Positions 13,486-25,330 of a stretch of DNA of 64,000 nt are shown here, one piece after another (the stretch's first letter is position 1; each line of letters starts with the position of its first letter). The position numbers and the translations under genes are program-made. The notes below the pieces were generated by a model. The model made no database searches, had not been told where the DNA came from, and worked only from the letters and a program-made list of their open reading frames with translations. Where the stretch lies: positions 109,926,001-109,990,000 of the forward strand of contig OZ024742.1 in the NCBI GenBank assembly GCA_964016885.1, in the 5' to 3' direction. The stretch is from Eledone cirrhosa. Taxonomy: Eukaryota.

Positions 13486-14442
13486 AATCTACTTATATAT
13501 ATAACCAGCAATTTCTCTGTCTGTCTGTCCGACAGTGGAAACACGTGCGTAGAGAGAGGGTGAGAGTGAAAGAAAGAGACAGACTACGAGAGGGGGGTAG
13601 CGGGAGGGAGAGAGAGAGAGTGAATAGACGCTAAAACACGTGCTATAGAAACATTACCTTCCCCTCTCCACTGACTTTGGTCATTGAGGCCGAGGGAATC
13701 GCTGGTTGCTATAGAGACACCTTGCACAAGCCAGAAGTAACCAGTTCGAGGCGGTTCTGACCTATTTCATACCTTATTCACACCTAATGGTATGATTAAA
13801 ATTTCATAGGAATATTTTCTTCTAACCGCCAGTTATTTAAATATTATTAAAAATAAATTTAAAAAAAAAAAGAATGGAAGATTTTGTGGATTTTTTTACC
13901 ACCTTCCAAGCCTTAAACACTAATTCTCGCGAATTTGTGTTTTGTAATGACCCTCAGGACGCTGCTATTGTTGATTCCAATAGTGCCTGGTATTCGAATA
14001 TGTTAGTATACAATTTTTTGAATAAAATTAAGGCGCAATTAGAGCTGTCAAACAAAATTTTTTTCGGCTTCGGCCCATATTATTTTTGGGAAAATTCTAT
14101 TGGCTCTAATGAGTCTGCCTCTGTTGGCGTTATTTGCGACAGTCACCATTTCTTGACTTTCAAGTCTATATATGTAAAGCTGAGGTTGTCTGTCTGTCTG
14201 TCTATTAAAGCCTTCGGCACACATCTCCTCTTAAACCGTACGTTTAAATTTCGGTGAAATTGCTACACTTATAGATGAAGGTCCGGTGGAGTCTTCGGTC
14301 AAAAACATTTTCAAATCGACCCACGCCAAGTGTAAAAATCGAATTTGTAATCTCCTTATAATATATAATCAGCAATTTCTCTGTCTGTCTGTCCGACGCG
14401 TAGAGAGAGAGTGAGAGTGAAAGAAACACACACACACTGAGC

Positions 14443-15033
14443 GCGTCATAATGACGTAATGCAGACAGCCAGACATACAGACAGATATTATAAGGGCGCA
14501 ACGTTATATCTATGTATCTATCTAAAAAGAAAGACTAAGAATTATATAGAGAGAACGTTAAATCGCCTAATGCGGTCCCTAGGGCATTGAAAATTTGAAA
14601 TAATTTTTGCTCAAAACACTCACAGGACCATAAGTATTACACGTCTAAAGTTTGAAAACAATCGGTTGGATGGTTCTCAAGTTTTAGTGAGCTGACAGAC
14701 AGACATTCTCTGTTTTAGATATATAGACTAGCAGAAAACCACTCGTTGGGTGGTTTTCTGCTAGTCTATATATCTAAAACAGAGAATGTCTGTCTGACTG
14801 ACTCCCTAAAACACGAGAACCGCCCAACCGATTGTTTTCAAACTTTACACATGTAATACTTATGGTCGTGTGAGTGTTTTGAGCAAAATTTATTTCAAAT
14901 TTTCAAAGCCCTAGGGACTGCATTAGGCGAAAAAGCGATTTCTCTGTCTTTTTAGATAGATACGTAGCTACGACGTCGCGCGCTTATAATACCTATCTGT
15001 ATGTCTGACTGTCTGTATTACGAAATTATGACA
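14443..15033. repeat. About 590-bp imperfect palindrome of two Helitron 5' ends
   Basis: Centre 14746. Each arm reads GGTTTTCTGCTAG|TCTATATATCTAAAACAGAGAATGTC outward. Confidence 0.85.
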
Positions 15034-15074
15034 CTATATGTGTGTGTGTGTGTGTGTGTATATATGTATATATA

Positions 15075-15131
<57 letters not shown>

Positions 15132-15134
<3 letters not shown>

Positions 15135-15463
15135 AGGAGGTTATAGTTCACTTGAAGCATTGTGTAATGAGGTATAAACGTTTGTATATGTATAATAAAG
15201 CCAAAACAATGCAGGTATGGACATAGAATAAAGAATGCGAATGCAAAAGATATTGTTGACAATTAGTCTTTTACCTTAGATTTATTTAAATGTCCTTAAT
15301 TTTCGAGATAATATCTCTTCTTCGGAGGGAAGTAAAGCGGTTAAACCAGTGTTCTAAATAGCTTGCCAAGTCATGACTAATTGTCAACAATATCTTTTGC
15401 ATTTGCATTCTTTATTCTATGTCCATACCTGCATTGTTTTGGCTTTATTATACATATACAAAC

Positions 15464-15470
<7 letters not shown>
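15132..15470 (-). mobile_element. Fold-back element D (96-bp arms + about 41-nt tail)
   Basis: Arms 15173-15268 and 15375-15470 are near-perfect; tail 15132-15172; (TA)n on both sides. Confidence 0.85.
15294..15328 (-). ncRNA. Minimal hammerhead ribozyme-like motif in the loop of fold-back D
   Basis: Minus strand CCU-CCGAAGA-A-GAGAU AUU AUCUC-GAAAAUUA^AGG: stem I CCU/AGG, 5-bp stem II, palindromic AAUU stem III. Confidence 0.55.
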
Positions 15471-15541
<71 letters not shown>

Positions 15542-15659
15542 TGTGTGTAACGTTTTTCGCAATATTTACTTCTGCGTTCACAGATTGATTTTTTTTAGTT
15601 TCAGAAGATCGCGCTAAGGGTGAAAGCAGCGATTCTTTGCTTAAACTTTAATCTGTTAG

Positions 15660-15735
<76 letters not shown>

Positions 15736-15954
15736 AGGGGGTGTAACTTGGAGTTACTGCAGGTTAACCCGGGAGAGCACTCGATGTTTAAGTTCACTTC
15801 TGTGATGAGGTGTAGAGCTATACAGAGTGTAATATATTGAAAGGATAACAAGGACGATTGGTTACTCCTTCATTACATTTATTGGTAGGTGACGCGCGTT
15901 TCGCCACTGATCAGCTCAAGGTTCAATCTGTATCGATCCTACCCGACTCAATGA

Positions 15955-16397
15955 TCGGTGTGGAAGTCGGACCTTCGTAAAGACCTGAAAATCCGCCTCT
16001 TCATTGCTGTAGTGGAGTCTGTGATGCTGTACGGGTCTGAGACTTGGACACTGACCAAGAAACTCACTCAGATGGTGGATGGGTGCTATACGAGAATGCT
16101 GAGGATGAAAAACTCAGAGCTGTATGGGAGCCTCCCAAAAGTCAGCTCAAAAGTGACACAGAGGAGACTGAGGTTAGCTGGACATGCTCACCAACATCCA
16201 GAGTTGACATTGCTCTCAGTGCTCCTGTAGGAGCCCCTACATGGATACACTGGAAGCGGAAGACCAAGGTTAACGTATGTTGATGTCCTAAGGACAGACA
16301 CTGGTCTGTTGGAGACGCAGGACATGGCAGCGATAATGAGGGACAGAGAGCGTTGGAGAGAACTCGTCCATGGATCTCGGGAATTGTACCCGCCCTA

Positions 16398-16398
<1 letters not shown>
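15955..16398 (+). mobile_element. RTE-X-like LINE 3' fragment
   Basis: WKSDLRKDLKIRLFIAVVESVMLYGSETWTLT...DGCYTRMLRM...RRLRLAGH, ending in (TA)n. Confidence 0.75.
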
Positions 16399-16441
<43 letters not shown>

Positions 16442-16445
<4 letters not shown>

Positions 16446-16755
16446 AACTAGTATATCTACCAACATATATATACAGATGTATACCTATGCAAGCAAATAT
16501 ATAGGTTTTGTCTTAGTAACTTTGTGGTTCAATGCAAGGGGATGCAGAACAATTATATGAAAAACGTAAAATAAGAAAATTATAGTAATTAGCTTACTTA
16601 CTTAAATTTCACTCCAAATAATTAGTTTCTGAAAGGGAATATACATGTGGAACATGGAGAAACCTTTTCGTCATCCCTTTCAGAAACTAATTAGTTGGAG
16701 TGAAATTTAAGTCAGTAAGCTAATTACTATAATTTTCTTATTTTACGTTTTTCAT
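16442..16755 (-). mobile_element. Second copy of fold-back family B (82-bp arms)
   Basis: Tail 16442-16556 is the reverse complement of 6228-6342. Arms 16557-16638 and 16674-16755. Confidence 0.85.
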
Positions 16756-17369
16756 ATATATATACATAATTATATATTCGTGTACAGATATTTTTGCATT
16801 CACAATAACAAAATATAAACAAACGTATTTATTTCACGAGGCTCGATAAGGATGAATATATATCAAATATATAAGAACCCTAGAGCAAATCTCGAGCAAC
16901 GCCGAGCCATTCTGCTAGTATAATGTTAAAATATTAGAATAAAGGGAGATAATTCAACCGGACTTAAATATTGCAAGGTATCTCGGTTTACATATAACCG
17001 GTTTTCCCTCAACGTTGATTACTTTTTAAAGTATATCAATCAATCATTCATGTGATAGTATGTATATATGTAGTGGCCGACGGTAACAGCACAAATCGAC
17101 CGATGAAAGGGTGTCATGCCCCACCTCATTCATTCACTCTGCTCCTCAGATGTGTAAAACCCCAGGCATATGCTACTACATGGGCTCAGCGGACAGAATA
17201 AAGATAGCGAGGAAAACTCGTTAAAATTAACCATTCTAACTCGCGGGACTATCTCGTGCGGGTAACCAACTCCTTCCTGGCAGCAACGAGTAGAGAGGTG
17301 GTTCGGGGTTTCAGAACGCTAGAAGTCTCCCGCAAGCTTTCGAGATATTGGCCGCTTTTATTGCAAGTT

Positions 17370-18575
17370 ATACAACTTACTACGACAATTCCTTTGCGTG
17401 GATGAAGCTTAACTACAGTGGAGAGGGCTAGGATTTATCAGTTGTTGTTACTGATGAGGATAGACGGAAGCAGAGAGTATGGGACAATCTGCATTCGAGC
17501 GAAACTTTTAACTCTCTCTTGAAATCATTCTGATCATTTTCTAGGTGCCGCTTACTTTCTACAAGCGCAAAGTTCTCGGGGGACTTGATTGATGTTTGTG
17601 GCCTGCATTGGTAGTCTTCTCAGTCAGAAAGAACTCTGTATCTCCGTTGCACTCTGAGTTGGAGCCGGTATCTGTTGGGCTTTGAGATGTCGCTGTGGTA
17701 GGTCTTTCGACTCCACAGGCCTCAATGGTTCGTCCTGGCGCACCAAGTTAAACCTGATCATTAAATGGGCCCTAGCTCGGGTAAATATCCCCTCAGTTCT
17801 AGAACCGGTTGGATTATTCAGAAGTGATGGGAAGAGACCAGACAGCCTTACTCTTTGTCCCTGTGTAAGAGGCAGGTGTCTCATCTGGAACGCCACAGCC
17901 ATTGACTCTTTTACTCCCTCCCACACCATGGATGCCGCAGTAAATGTGGGGGCCATTGCTTCCGTTGCCGAACGGAATAAAATCCGGAAATACTGGGATC
18001 TATTTAACGATTTTTTTTTTCCAGCTTGTGGCGTTCGACACCTTTGGTGGAGTTGAGCCACTGACAGCGAAGTCCTTGTCATTGCTGACGGCTCCCCTTA
18101 CTCAGGTGTCAGGTGATGCCCGTGAGGGTGCCTGGTTGTTTCAGCGCGTTAACCTCGCCACCACCCGTGGTAATGCTGCGAGCATATTGGCTTGCCTCAA
18201 AATATTCTGTTGACCCTTGTGATGTACGGCCAATTGTCGCATTTGGTGGTGAATTGATGGTCGTTTTTGATTTTGTCTCTCTCAGGTCATATATTTTGGT
18301 GCGTTGTATTTGTGAGGTTCCTAACAATAGTTAATTCCTCAGAGTTAGTCCCTCTTACAAATTTTCGTCGTTTCTCCAACGTTTCGCCAGTGAGCTCGAA
18401 GGTTTGGTTAATGCCCGTCTCTCTCCAGGGTCCCGTGATCAAGCTGCCTTAACCAAACGGTTTGGAGGTCTCGGTGTGCACAAATGCACATCTTTGTCTC
18501 TACCTTGCTTTCTTTCCTCCATTCACGCTTGCTCCCCTTTAGTAGGTGATATCCTCTCCTTACCAATATGGACTA
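17370..18575 (+). mobile_element. CRE-clade retrotransposon remnant (zinc knuckle + restriction-like endonuclease; RT-thumb piece)
   Basis: CRCG...LEPVGLFRSDGKRPDSLTLCP...LIWNAT..DS; GDAREGAWLFQRVNLATTRGNAASIL; and QAALTKRFGGLG..SLPCFLSS at 18404-18570. Confidence 0.8.
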
Positions 18576-18594
18576 GTTCCACCAGGGAGGGAGC

Positions 18595-20260
18595 TGGGTT
18601 TTTCAGGAGGCTGGTGAGAACAACGGCCCTGTACACCTTGAGCTTGGTGGACTGCCTGATGTTGTGCTGGTTCAGGTCGCGTGTCCTCAGGCGGCCAAGG
18701 GCTTGACTAGCCTTGCAGATCCTAGCATTTATCTCCTTGTCGAGGCTTCCATCGCTGCTGATGACACTGCCGAAGTACTTGAAGTCGTCCACCGTCTTTT
18801 GCTGGGTGCCTCCGATGGAGATGCAAGGGGGTGGGTGACGGAGGCAGGTGCAGGCTGGAACAGGACCTCAGTCTTGCCAAGGCATATTGTGAGACCGAAG
18901 AGGCAGGAGGCCTCCGCGAACTTATTGACGATGACTTGGAGGTCAGTCTTCCTGTAGGCCATGAGAGCACAGTCGTCAGCAAAAAGTGCCTCCAGGATGA
19001 TCCTCTGCACGGTCCTTGTCTTGGCTGTCAAGCGCCGCAGGTCAAACAGGGAGCCGTCCAGTCTGTATCGCAGATACACTCCGTGCTCGAGGTCCCTGGC
19101 GGCATGATTGAGCACGCAGGTGAAGAACAGGTTGAAGAAGACGGGAGCCAGCACGCATCCTTGCTTTTGACGCCGTTGGTGATTCCGAACGGCTCCGATG
19201 CCTCTCCGCCCGTGCGCACCTGCCCGGTCATGTCATCATTGAATTGCCGTATCAGGTTCACGAACTTTGTCGAGCATCCAAACTTCGACAGTATCGACCA
19301 GAGGGCCTCCCTGTTGACAGTGTCGAAGGCCTTCGTCAAGTCTATGAAGACGGCAAAGAGGTCCATGTTCTGCTCGAAACATTTCTCCTGCACCTGGCGT
19401 ACAGAGATCATGTCAATCGTGCTGCGGTTTGGGCGGAACCCACACTGGGCCTCAGGCAGGTTGTCCTCCGAGATATTGGCGATAAGGCGGTTGAGCATGA
19501 CCCGAGCCAGGACCTTCCCAGCGATGGACAGAAGAGAAATGCCCGATAGTTGCCACAGTCAGTTTTGCTGCCTTTGTTCTTAAAAAGCGAGACAACTGTG
19601 GCATCCCTAAAGTCTTTGGACACCTCTTCTTCCTCCCATATGCTAACGAGGAGGGTGTGGAAGGCCCCCAGGGCAGCTGGTCTGGTTGATTGCCTTCGTG
19701 ACTTCATCCAACGTGTGGTGTGTGGGGGGGGGGGGGGGGGGCTGCCGACTACGCGCTTCTGTGGGACCTGGTCGAGGGCGGCAGGGTCGACAATGGAGGG
19801 CCTGTTGAGCAGGTTGCTGAAGTGCTCTCTCCACCTCGAGTTGATGCTGATCTTCTCCTTCAGCAGGATCGAGCCGTCAGCAGACAGCAGCGGTGTGGTG
19901 ACAGGCTTGGGGGATCCGTAGACATCCCCGATGGCGCTGAAGAACATCTTGGAGTTCTTTGTGTCAGCGTATCTCTCGACTTCTTCGGCCTTCTTTTCCC
20001 ACCACTTGTCCTGCATTCTGCGTAGTGCTGCTTGGGTCTCCCTCTGGCGGTGCTTGAAGCGGTCGCGCTTCGAGGTGGAGGAGCTGTCATTCTGCCACTC
20101 AATGAAAGCCCTCCTCTTCTCGTCCAGGAGTTGTCTGATGCGCTCATCGTTTTCATCAAACCAGTCCTGGTGGACTCTCTTCCTCGGCCCGATAGTTGCC
20201 TTGGGGACTCTGTCTATAGTGGGGTTCTCGGTTTAGTCCCCGACGACCCGACCATGCGAC
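18595..20260 (-). mobile_element. RTE (BovB-like) LINE, frameshifted RT
   Basis: Overlapping minus ORFs: LPEAQCGFRPNRSTIDM, FIDLTKAFDTVNREALW, ALFADDCAL, FKYFGSVISSDGSLDKEINARI. GC-rich relative to the flanks. Confidence 0.9.
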
Positions 20261-20288
20261 AGGTTGTATATATGCGACATATATATTT

Positions 20289-20329
<41 letters not shown>

Positions 20330-20330
20330 T

Positions 20331-20716
<386 letters not shown>

Positions 20717-20756
20717 TGTATGTATGTATGTATGTATGTATGTATGTATGTATGTA

Positions 20757-20808
<52 letters not shown>

Positions 20809-20896
20809 TATATATCTATATACACACACACACAGGGTGGTGCAAAAGTAACGCACCATATATATATATAAAGGATGGTTAAAATATAAATATATA

Positions 20897-21248
20897 TGTA
20901 CACCCACCGGAAATAACATGTCCTTACCAGTGAAATAAACAACTCTATCTATTTGCTTATCAAGCTACCTATCTGTCATTTCCTAGTGAAACAAACAACT
21001 CTATCTGCCTACCTAGCTACCTCACCCCAGTGAAACAAACAACTCCTTAGGCCACCAAAATAAAACGCCTACACAGCGGCTAAACATCAAACGATTATTT
21101 TTGTATAAATAGAGTGGTTCCAAAAGCTTTCGCCAGTCGACATTTGGCAGAGTCAGCTCGCGTATCGTTGTTCCTCTTCTCTGCCACACCTGTCACTTAC
21201 ACACGCCTTGTACCTCTGTATCGTCGCTTCATGTATAGAATAAATCGA
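20897..21248 (+). repeat. 5' LTR (3'-truncated)
   Basis: Starts TGTAC and is collinear with 26348-26698. Homology stops after AATAAATCG. Confidence 0.9.
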
Positions 21249-21269
21249 ATTTATCAAACGAAGAATATA

Positions 21270-21864
21270 TATAATTTATCAAACGAACGACCGCGTCACA
21301 TCAGAGACGACTCAACCAACTCGTGTCTGCAGAAGAATTGGGGGACAGAAAACCGTCCCAACTACTGCGAAAGATGAGACAGCTGATGGAAGACCAACCT
21401 CTTTCAGAAGATATGCTGAAACGGCTGTTTATACAGCGCTTGCCCTTATCAATGCAGGGCATTCTGGCGTAGACCAACGAGTCAGCAACCCCGGAAGAAC
21501 TGGCGAGTGTCGCGGATAAGATCGCTGAGGTGTCAAACCCTTTTGCCTCAGTGGCACAAGTTGATCATCGGACGAACGCTTACGTAGCGTCCTCAGACTC
21601 CACCTCCGAGATTTCAGAGCTGCGGGCTATGATCAGAGAGCAGGCAGGTCAAATTAAAGCCCTCTCAAATCAATTAGAAAACCTGACCTTTCGAACACAC
21701 CGGCGGCGCAGCAACAGTTGATCCAGGCCCTTTCACCGTCGAAGATCCAGAAGTCCCAGTCAAAATCGTGTGTCTGGCAACCTTTGTGGTATCACGCAGA
21801 ATTCGGCGCACAGGCATCTAAGTGCAAGGCCTCGTGCTCTTTCCAGAATACCACCTAGGGAAAC
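21270..21864 (+). pseudogene. gag: Gypsy gag remnant
   Basis: ELGDRKPSQLLRKMRQL...LFIQRLP...LASVADKI...CxYHAEFGAQASKCKASC zinc knuckle, with in-frame stops. Confidence 0.8.
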
Positions 21865-24800
21865 GGGCAGACCAGGGCCTAGCGACGACGTTCACCCCTG
21901 GGACTGAGAAGAAAAGTCGTCTGTTTTTTATCAACGACCAAGCGACAGGCATCCGTTACCTCGTGGATACAGGAGCCCAGGTTAGTGTTATTCCTGTTTC
22001 ACTAGTCTCGGGAAAAAGACATCCAACACTGTCCTTTCTGCTAGCAGTGAACCGATCCTCAATTCCGACTTTCGGAGAGAAATCACTGACCCTCAATTTA
22101 GGCCTGAGGTGTCGTTTTGAATGGGTGTTCGTCGTGGCAGACCTGCCGACCTATATGTTAGGAGCCGATTTTCTCCACCACTTCAACCTTCTGGTGGACA
22201 TGAAGAACCGGAGGCTTATTGACACCACCACAAACCTCACTGCGAGAGGTATATTTACCACGCAATCCACAGTGAGCCCTGTAATTTGCCAGTCAGAGCC
22301 TTCGCGTTACAACTGCATTCTCCAGAAATACCCAGACATCACTCGTCCGGTATTTAAGGATGGACCTATTAAACATAGTGTCACACATCATATCGAGACA
22401 AGAGGATCACCCACAGCTGCCCGACCAAGGAGACTATCTCCAGACCGATTGAGAATCGCCAAACAGGAGTTTCAACACATGCTGGACCTTGGAATCATTC
22501 GCCCTTCCTCCAGCAACTGGTCTGCACCCTTACACCTTGTTCCTAAGAAGACAGAGAAGGATTAGCGACCATGTGGGGATTATTGTGCACTCAACAATTC
22601 CACAGTACCCGATAATTACCCTGTACCTCACTTGCACGACTTTTCTGCCTCTCTACAAGGCGCACGCATCTTTTCCAGGATAGATTTGGTACGAGCATAT
22701 AACCAGATACCTGTGGAGCCTGCTGATATTCCGAAGACCGCAATCACGACACCATTCGGTTTATTTGAATTCCTGTGAATGCCGTTCGGTCTGCGCGACG
22801 CTGCACAAACTTTTCAGCGGTTTATCGACACCGTGTTACGTGATCTACCCTTCGTATACGCGTATATCGACGACGTGCTAGTAGCAAGTACTTCCGAACA
22901 AGAACACAGGATGTACTTAGATCTTCTTTTGCAACGTTTGGCCGAGTACGGTATTATCATCAACCCCAGCAACTGCCTTCTCGGCGTTTCTTCACTGTTC
23001 TTTCTCGGGCACATCATTGATAAAGACGGCATTCATCTACTTCTTGAGAAAGCAGAAGCTATCCGCAATTTTCCTGCACCTACATCACTTCGAAAACTGC
23101 GTGAATTCCTCGGTTTGGTGAATTTCTATAGGCGTTTCATCCCTCATTGTGCCGACGCAGCCAGACTCCTCACGGACCTTCTTCGCAACCGGACTCGGAA
23201 AAACGAAGACATCACTCTGAACGAGGAAGAACTAACATCTTTCAACCGCCTGACGGAAATGTTGGCAAACGCTTCCATGCTCGTTTTCCCCAGATCTGGC
23301 GCTACTCTTTCGCTGCTAGTGGACGCATCAGACACGGGGGCTGGAGGCGTTTTACAACATGTCGACGGCGTTTGGCAACCCTTATCCTTTTCTAAGCGAT
23401 TGCAGCCTGCAGAAACCAAATACAGTACGTTTGGTCGCGAACTCTTGGCAACCTACCTTTCAGCTAAACATTTTCGTCAAATGCTCGAAGGATCGGATTT
23501 CGTGATCTACACGGACCATAAACCACTAATTTATGCGTTCCGTACCAAACCTGATCAACATTCACTGAGAGAACTCCGCCACCTGGATTTTGTCTCCTAA
23601 TATTCAACGGATATTCGGCATATCAAGGGATCAGACAATGTAGCAGCCAACGCCCTGTCCCGAATCCAGCTGAACGCAATACATGTTTAGGAGATTAGTA
23701 TCAGTATATATATATATTATCAAGAATGACAATAAATGCAGGTGTGTGTTGTAACAAGGTTTTACTTCACAGAAGTCAAATAAATTAATATAAATAATTT
23801 GTTACCACATGTAGATGTTCAGTTGGTCACAACTCCCAGACTGGAGTGTGTAGAGAAGAACAGAAATCTTCTCTTGGAGGTGTTCAAGTATTTCTTTAAG
23901 CTGCTGGTATTCTTGTTCTTGCGGGCGAAGGAAGTGAGACAGGAGTCATCTCTTGACAAGGTCTCAGGTGGTCTTGTTCCTTCGAAGTTCAGGATGCGAG
24001 AGAGGCTTATGCCTTGGCAGCCCTCAAATATATAGTCCCCAGGGGGACGCAACTCCATTTAGTACATGAATCTACCAATGGGGGTCGCGCCTGTCTCAAA
24101 GGGACGTAACTCCTATACGTGCTGAGCTACGACCGTCGTAAAGGGACGCAACTCCCATACGTGCTGAGTCACAGCCGTAAGGGGCCGCTACACATGTACA
24201 TTCAGGCACCGACCTTCAACAGATCGCAGCTGATCAAAAGACTGACGAAGAGTTTATCAAGCTCCGAGATTCGCCATCCCTTAAGTTTTAACAAGTTCCC
24301 ATTCCTTCTTCTCCGGAACAAATTTGGTGCGTCCTTTCAACCGGTCATGAACGACTGTACGTACCACAGATGCATCGTCGACAAGTTTTTTCTGCTTTAC
24401 ACTGTTTGTTTCACCCGGGAATCCGGGCTACACAGAAACTCATCTCTGCTCGTTTTGTGTGGACTTGCGCGACTGGTCCAGGAGCTGCATTGCTGTCAGA
24501 AAGCCAAAGTCCACAGACACATCAAAATTCCACTCAGCACATTCGCGCAACCAGATGCACGTTTTCATCATGTGCATATCGACATCGTCGGACCTCTACC
24601 ACTATCACAGAACTGCACACACTTGCTCACCTGCATAGATCGATTTTCCCGTTGGCCTGATGCTTTTCCCATAAGTGATACCTCAACGGAAACAGTCGCT
24701 AAAACTTTGGTTTTATACTGGGTATCACGTTATGGCGCCCCAGCGAAGATAACAACGGACAGAGGACGCTAATTTGACTCCCACCTCTTCAGGGAACTGA

Positions 24801-25330
24801 CTCACCTGTTAGGATGTAAACACATCCGCACGACAGCTTATCACCCGCAAGCTAATGGTCTCGTGGAAAGATTCCATCGCCAATTGAAAGCTGCCATAAA
24901 AGCGTATCCAGACAAGACCCACTGGTTTGAATACCTGCCACTCATCCTTCTGGGCATTCGATCCACCATTAAGGAGGAATTCGGACACACACCTGCAGAA
25001 TTAGTGTACGGCACCACCCTAGTTCTAACTGGTCAGATGGTTGCTCCCATCTCTCATCAGGACGTTCCCGACCCAGGATCATATGTACACCGTCTCGACA
25101 ATATATGTCTCGCTTTGCTCTTGCAAGCACCCTCAACAGAACACGGCCAAACATGTACCTTCAGACATTAATGATTGGACACACGTTTTCGTTCGAAACG
25201 ACACCATCTCAACTCATCTCCGACCTCCATATTCTGGCCCTTACCGTGTTCTAATAAAAATATCCGAAATATTTTATTCTCGATCAAGATGGTAAACAGA
25301 ATTCTGTCAGCGTGGACAGATTAAAAAAAG
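21858..25330 (+). pseudogene. pol: Gypsy pol (protease, RT, RNase H, integrase), disrupted
   Basis: LVDTGAQVSVIP; MPFGL..A.QTFQR and YIDD; LVDAS...YSTFGRELLA...YTDHKPL; [11 protein letters not shown]...IDRFSRWP...TTDRG...ERFHRQLK. Confidence 0.92.
23687..24192 (-). mobile_element. Solo LTR-like insertion in pol with CATGT target-site duplication
   Basis: CATGT at 23682-23686 and 24193-24197. The minus strand starts TGTAGCGGCCCC and has three GGGACG(C/T)AACTCC repeats and a TATA-like box. It interrupts the RNase H-integrase linker. Confidence 0.75.

Larger units (their letters stand above)
14765..16918 (+). mobile_element. Probable full-length non-autonomous Helitron with nested insertions in internal (TA)n tracts
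   Basis: 5' TC at 14765; body collinear with 237-700 on both sides of the 15132-15470 insert; 3' hairpin + CTAG|T at 16891-16919. The link between the two ends is inferred. Confidence 0.55.

Noticed and set aside
13874-14257. 127-aa ATG-initiated ORF
   Set aside because: No recognisable motif or splice context, and it runs into Helitron-like sequence.
17451-17475. CTGATGAG as a hammerhead core
   Set aside because: No stem II or correctly placed GAAA; it lies inside CRE coding remnant.
18831-19921. Long plus-strand ORFs (250 aa and others)
   Set aside because: Antisense shadows of the GC-rich minus-strand RTE.
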